DNA from: a bacterium
GTDB taxonomy: Bacteria > Patescibacteriota > Patescibacteriia > Patescibacteriales > UBA12465
Reading direction: 5' to 3'
Length of the DNA stretch: 64,000 nucleotides
NCBI GenBank assembly: GCA_021806615.1
Contig: JAJZRB010000001.1
Span: 79,024 to 143,023 of the forward strand
Part shown: piece after piece, positions 60,991-64,000 of the stretch
How the letters are laid out: the number at the start of each line of letters is the position of its first letter
Numbering within the stretch: the first letter of the stretch is position 1
Made by a program: the position numbers and the translations under genes
Notes under the pieces: generated by a model
The model's database searches: none
Seen by the model: only the letters and a program-made list of their open reading frames with translations
Told to the model about the DNA's origin: nothing

Positions 60991-62697
60991 TTATGAATAA
61001 GCTTGCTGCCGATATTCCCGTAAAACCCTGTCCGTATTGAAATAAGCGGCATTAATGCTAATAGTAGAGCGCATCATTTCTAGCCAGGCCTCGGGATCAT
61101 TATAATAGAGAGGGAGAATTTCTTTCTCGAGAATATCGTAAAGGCGGAATGAATCTTCCCGGTCTCTCTGATTTTTATTATTATGATTCTTTCCGATCGA
61201 TGGTATAGAATCGCCGGCCGCGGGCTCTGCGATCGCCCAGCCAGTCTTCTCTTGAACGCAGCCTTCCAGCCACCAGCCATCCAAGGTGCTTAGTTGAGGA
61301 ACGCCATTATGAGCGGCTTTCATGCCGCTTGTCCCTGAAGCTTCATTCGGCGGCAAAGGAGTATTCAGCCATAAATCAACGCCGGCGATGATAATTTTCG
61401 CTAGATCTAAATCGTAATTTTCAATAAAAGCTAATTTTATCTTATCGCGATATTTCTGTTTGATCTGATTGACGGCGGAAATTATTTCCTTCCCTTTTTG
61501 ATCGGCGGGGTGGGCTTTCCCGCTATATATGATCTGTATCTTACCCGCTCTCTCTTGGACGGATAAGAGGCGATCTAAATCTTGCAAAAGCAAGCCCGGT
61601 CTTTTATAAATAGCGAAGCGGCGCGCAAAACCGATAGTCAAGATATCTTCGGAGAAATCTAGCCCGGCTTTATCCTTGATCAAATCAATCAATGATCTTT
61701 TAGCCGCTTGATGCGCTCCTCTTATTTCCGCGAGCGGAATAGAGGATGCCCCGCGTAATAAATGATTTTCGTGGCGCCAGCCTGGAATAAATTTATCATA
61801 TAAAGATTTAAATTCCGGAGATGCCCAAGTCAGAGAATGGACTCCGTTGGTAACCGCCCGGATATGATAGCTGGGGAATATCAGGCTAGTTAATTGCTGG
61901 TGCTTTTTGGAAACCGCGTTAGCATAATTGCTGAAATAAAGGGCCAGCCTGATCATGTCCACTCGTCCGGCATCCAGAAGGCCGGGCAGATTTACCGGAA
62001 AATCAGACTGATATTTTAAGACGAGCGACGCGGAAAAAATATTACGGGCCGTACGCAATGGCGTATGGGTAGTAAAGACGCAGGTTTGCTTCGTATCCGC
62101 CAGACGTTCGGATTCGCTCCCTGCGCGGGAATTTAAAAAATGGGCTAAGGCCGCGAAAGCAGCATGCCCCTCATTGATATGGATCTTATCTATCTGATAG
62201 CCTAATACCTTTAAAATCTGCCAGCCGCCGCGACCCAAAACGATAGCCTGCAACAATCTGTATTCCTCATCTCCGCCATATAGGCGGCCGGTCAAGCCGC
62301 GGTATATCTCTGGATTTTCTGGAAATTTCGTATCTAAAAGATAGACCGGGACCTCTCCGCCGCCTTCCCCTCTGATAAGATAGCGCCAAACTCCCACTCG
62401 GACCTGATCCGAACCGATAATAATATCGGCGGTAACAGGCAATTTTTCCAAATGAGAAAAATCATATCCAAAAGATGGTGATTCTTCCTGCTCGCCGGCC
62501 TGATTAAAACGTTGTTCACAATAACCTTCATCGCTTAGCAAAGTAACTCCTACCATGGAGAATTTCTGATCAGCCGCTGAGCGTAAGATATCGCCGGCTA
62601 AAACGCCCAAGCCGCCCGAATAGGTCTTAATATTATTTTCTAAAGCTATTTCCATGCTGAAATAAGCGACTTGAGGAATAATTTTAGATCCAGGCAT
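60991..62697 (-). CDS. glgP: Alpha-glucan (glycogen) phosphorylase
   Basis: YSGGLGVLAGD, NEGH, TNGVH, ARRF..YKR, EASGTSGMKA. Confidence 0.95.
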   Translation of the reverse strand: MPGSKIIPQVAYFSMEIALENNIKTYSGGLGVLAGDILRSAADQKFSMVGVTLLSDEGYCEQRFNQAGEQEESPSFGYDFSHLEKLPVTADIIIGSDQVRVGVWRYLIRGEGGGEVPVYLLDTKFPENPEIYRGLTGRLYGGDEEYRLLQAIVLGRGGWQILKVLGYQIDKIHINEGHAAFAALAHFLNSRAGSESERLADTKQTCVFTTHTPLRTARNIFSASLVLKYQSDFPVNLPGLLDAGRVDMIRLALYFSNYANAVSKKHQQLTSLIFPSYHIRAVTNGVHSLTWASPEFKSLYDKFIPGWRHENHLLRGASSIPLAEIRGAHQAAKRSLIDLIKDKAGLDFSEDILTIGFARRFAIYKRPGLLLQDLDRLLSVQERAGKIQIIYSGKAHPADQKGKEIISAVNQIKQKYRDKIKLAFIENYDLDLAKIIIAGVDLWLNTPLPPNEASGTSGMKAAHNGVPQLSTLDGWWLEGCVQEKTGWAIAEPAAGDSIPSIGKNHNNKNQRDREDSFRLYDILEKEILPLYYNDPEAWLEMMRSTISINAAYFNTDRVLREYRQQAYS

Positions 62698-62834
62698 AGG
62701 CGATTTTAATAAAAAAGCTGACAGATTATAGACCGATAATCACAACCACGCGTTCTATATGCTTGATTTTAACATCTCTTATAATATTTAGCTAATGAAA
62801 AGGACTCCGGCTTTGGGAGTCCTGCGGACGGTTT

Positions 62835-63038
62835 CTATTTAAGAATTGTCTGGGCCTTGTCCAAGGCCTCTTCTAGAGTCAGTCCTAATCTATCCATCGC
62901 TAGGACTAAATCCCTCTCCTCTTCCTCCGATACTGGCTGGTTCTGGAGTCGTTTGAGATTGACTCTTAATATCAGAAGAAGGAGTTTGTCTCGCTCGTCT
63001 TTATTGAGCTCTTTCGTGGTCTTCATAACCTTCTCCAT
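62835..63038 (-). CDS. Small hypothetical protein
   Basis: 67-aa ORF overlapping the upstream gene, followed by terminator AGGACTCC/GGAGTCCT. Confidence 0.6.
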   Translation of the reverse strand: MEKVMKTTKELNKDERDKLLLLILRVNLKRLQNQPVSEEEERDLVLAMDRLGLTLEEALDKAQTILK

Positions 63039-63501
63039 TTTGTTTACTAAACTTAATTATATCGGACACTGTCTTTTTAATAGCATAATTGCCATAGGCG
63101 ACCCTTCCTCCTTGCACTAAAGGTTCGATCCAGCTATTGTCCTTGCCATTCTTGAGCATTAAACGGGACAGAATATTGAAAGAATCTATAGTCGCATTGT
63201 GAATGCTGTGTCGCGCTTGATCGATATTCTCAAAACCGCTTTTATATTCTTCCTCAGAAAGCTTCCCGTCCTGATAATCTTGGAATAATTGATTGAATTG
63301 GCAGACGACGGCGGTATATTGATAACAATTAGCTTGCAGATCGTCAAAATACTTTTCTAATTGTTCATTGCCAGAGCAATCGCTCCATATCCTATCAAAA
63401 GTCGTCCGGATATTTTCTGCTTCTTGAGTGGCTGGCTGTTTTTGGACTAAGGTATCAACAGAATTTTTATTGCTTTCAATGAAATTACCGAGGGAAAACA
63501 T
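63001..63501 (-). CDS. Hypothetical helical protein (DUF3232-like)
   Basis: D..R...HNA.IDS.NIL.R...R..YG..A pattern recalled for DUF3232. Confidence 0.55.
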   Translation of the reverse strand: MFSLGNFIESNKNSVDTLVQKQPATQEAENIRTTFDRIWSDCSGNEQLEKYFDDLQANCYQYTAVVCQFNQLFQDYQDGKLSEEEYKSGFENIDQARHSIHNATIDSFNILSRLMLKNGKDNSWIEPLVQGGRVAYGNYAIKKTVSDIIKFSKQNGEGYEDHERAQ

Positions 63502-63570
63502 AGTCTTTGGTTAAATATGATGCTAAATATGATATCAAAAAATGAATAAAATGTCAATAGCTACTATAAC

Positions 63571-64000
63571 TTATAGAGCTCTTATACCTAGTTTCTTTAA
63601 TTTTTTAGCTAATATAAAAAGAGGAAGCCCCATAGCCCCCATAAAATCACCCTCTATTTTCTTAATAATAACCGAACCCAGGCCTTGGATGGCAAAAGCG
63701 CCAGCTTTATCCATGGGTTCTCCGGAAGCGATATAATTATCTATTTCCGACCCGCTAAGGCTCTCAATATAGACTTTAGTGATATCGGTGATACTCATCT
63801 GCTTGTTGGCGGCTATATCAATAATCGTCAGGCCGGTTAAAATATCGACCCTCTTGCCGCTCAACTTTTTTAACATCTTCTTGGCCTCCGCCTTATTCTT
63901 AGGCTTGCCCAACAAATGATTGCCAAGAACTACGAAAGTATCGGCTCCGATGACTATCCCGTTCTTATGCTTTTTAGCCACGGCCATAGCTTTCCCGCGC
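63571..64000 (-). CDS. maf: Maf family nucleotide pyrophosphatase (N-terminus outside window)
   Basis: IGADT.V, GKP, LSG, EPMDKAGAFAIQG, MGLP. Confidence 0.95.
   Translation of the reverse strand, partial: RGKAMAVAKKHKNGIVIGADTFVVLGNHLLGKPKNKAEAKKMLKKLSGKRVDILTGLTIIDIAANKQMSITDITKVYIESLSGSEIDNYIASGEPMDKAGAFAIQGLGSVIIKKIEGDFMGAMGLPLFILAKKLKKLGIRAL

Noticed and set aside
62700-62790. Tiny uORF (MLKSSI) and hairpin upstream of glgP as a third attenuator
   Set aside because: No convincing terminator/antiterminator pair.

Overview
Mostly core-genome window from a Patescibacteria (CPR) bacterium, probably Parcubacteria/ABY1 (Falkowbacteria-like); the taxonomy is inferred from gene content and rRNA features. 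It uses standard code 11 (TGA is a stop). It holds glycogen genes (GH57, glgA, glgP), peptidoglycan genes (ddl, murF, murD, murI, glmM, truncated glmU), replication and repair genes (polA, holA, ruvC, recA, EndoQ), and translation and RNA-turnover genes (rpsT, rpsO, rpsP, rpsA, rpmF, infB, rbfA, trmD, pnp, rny, rnc, nusB). It also has 8 tRNAs, a 23S-5S rRNA unit with no 16S, a surface-glycan cluster and a few accessory genes, including an Ignavibacteria-like T9SS-CTD protein. The most striking signal is a ribosome-dependent attenuator between a perfect sigma70 promoter and the stand-alone 23S gene: a 13-codon leader ORF, an antiterminator hairpin containing its stop codon, an overlapping terminator, then boxA. 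The same architecture recurs upstream of an orphan gene at 34.2-34.4 kb. All RNA structures were paired by eye, not computed.
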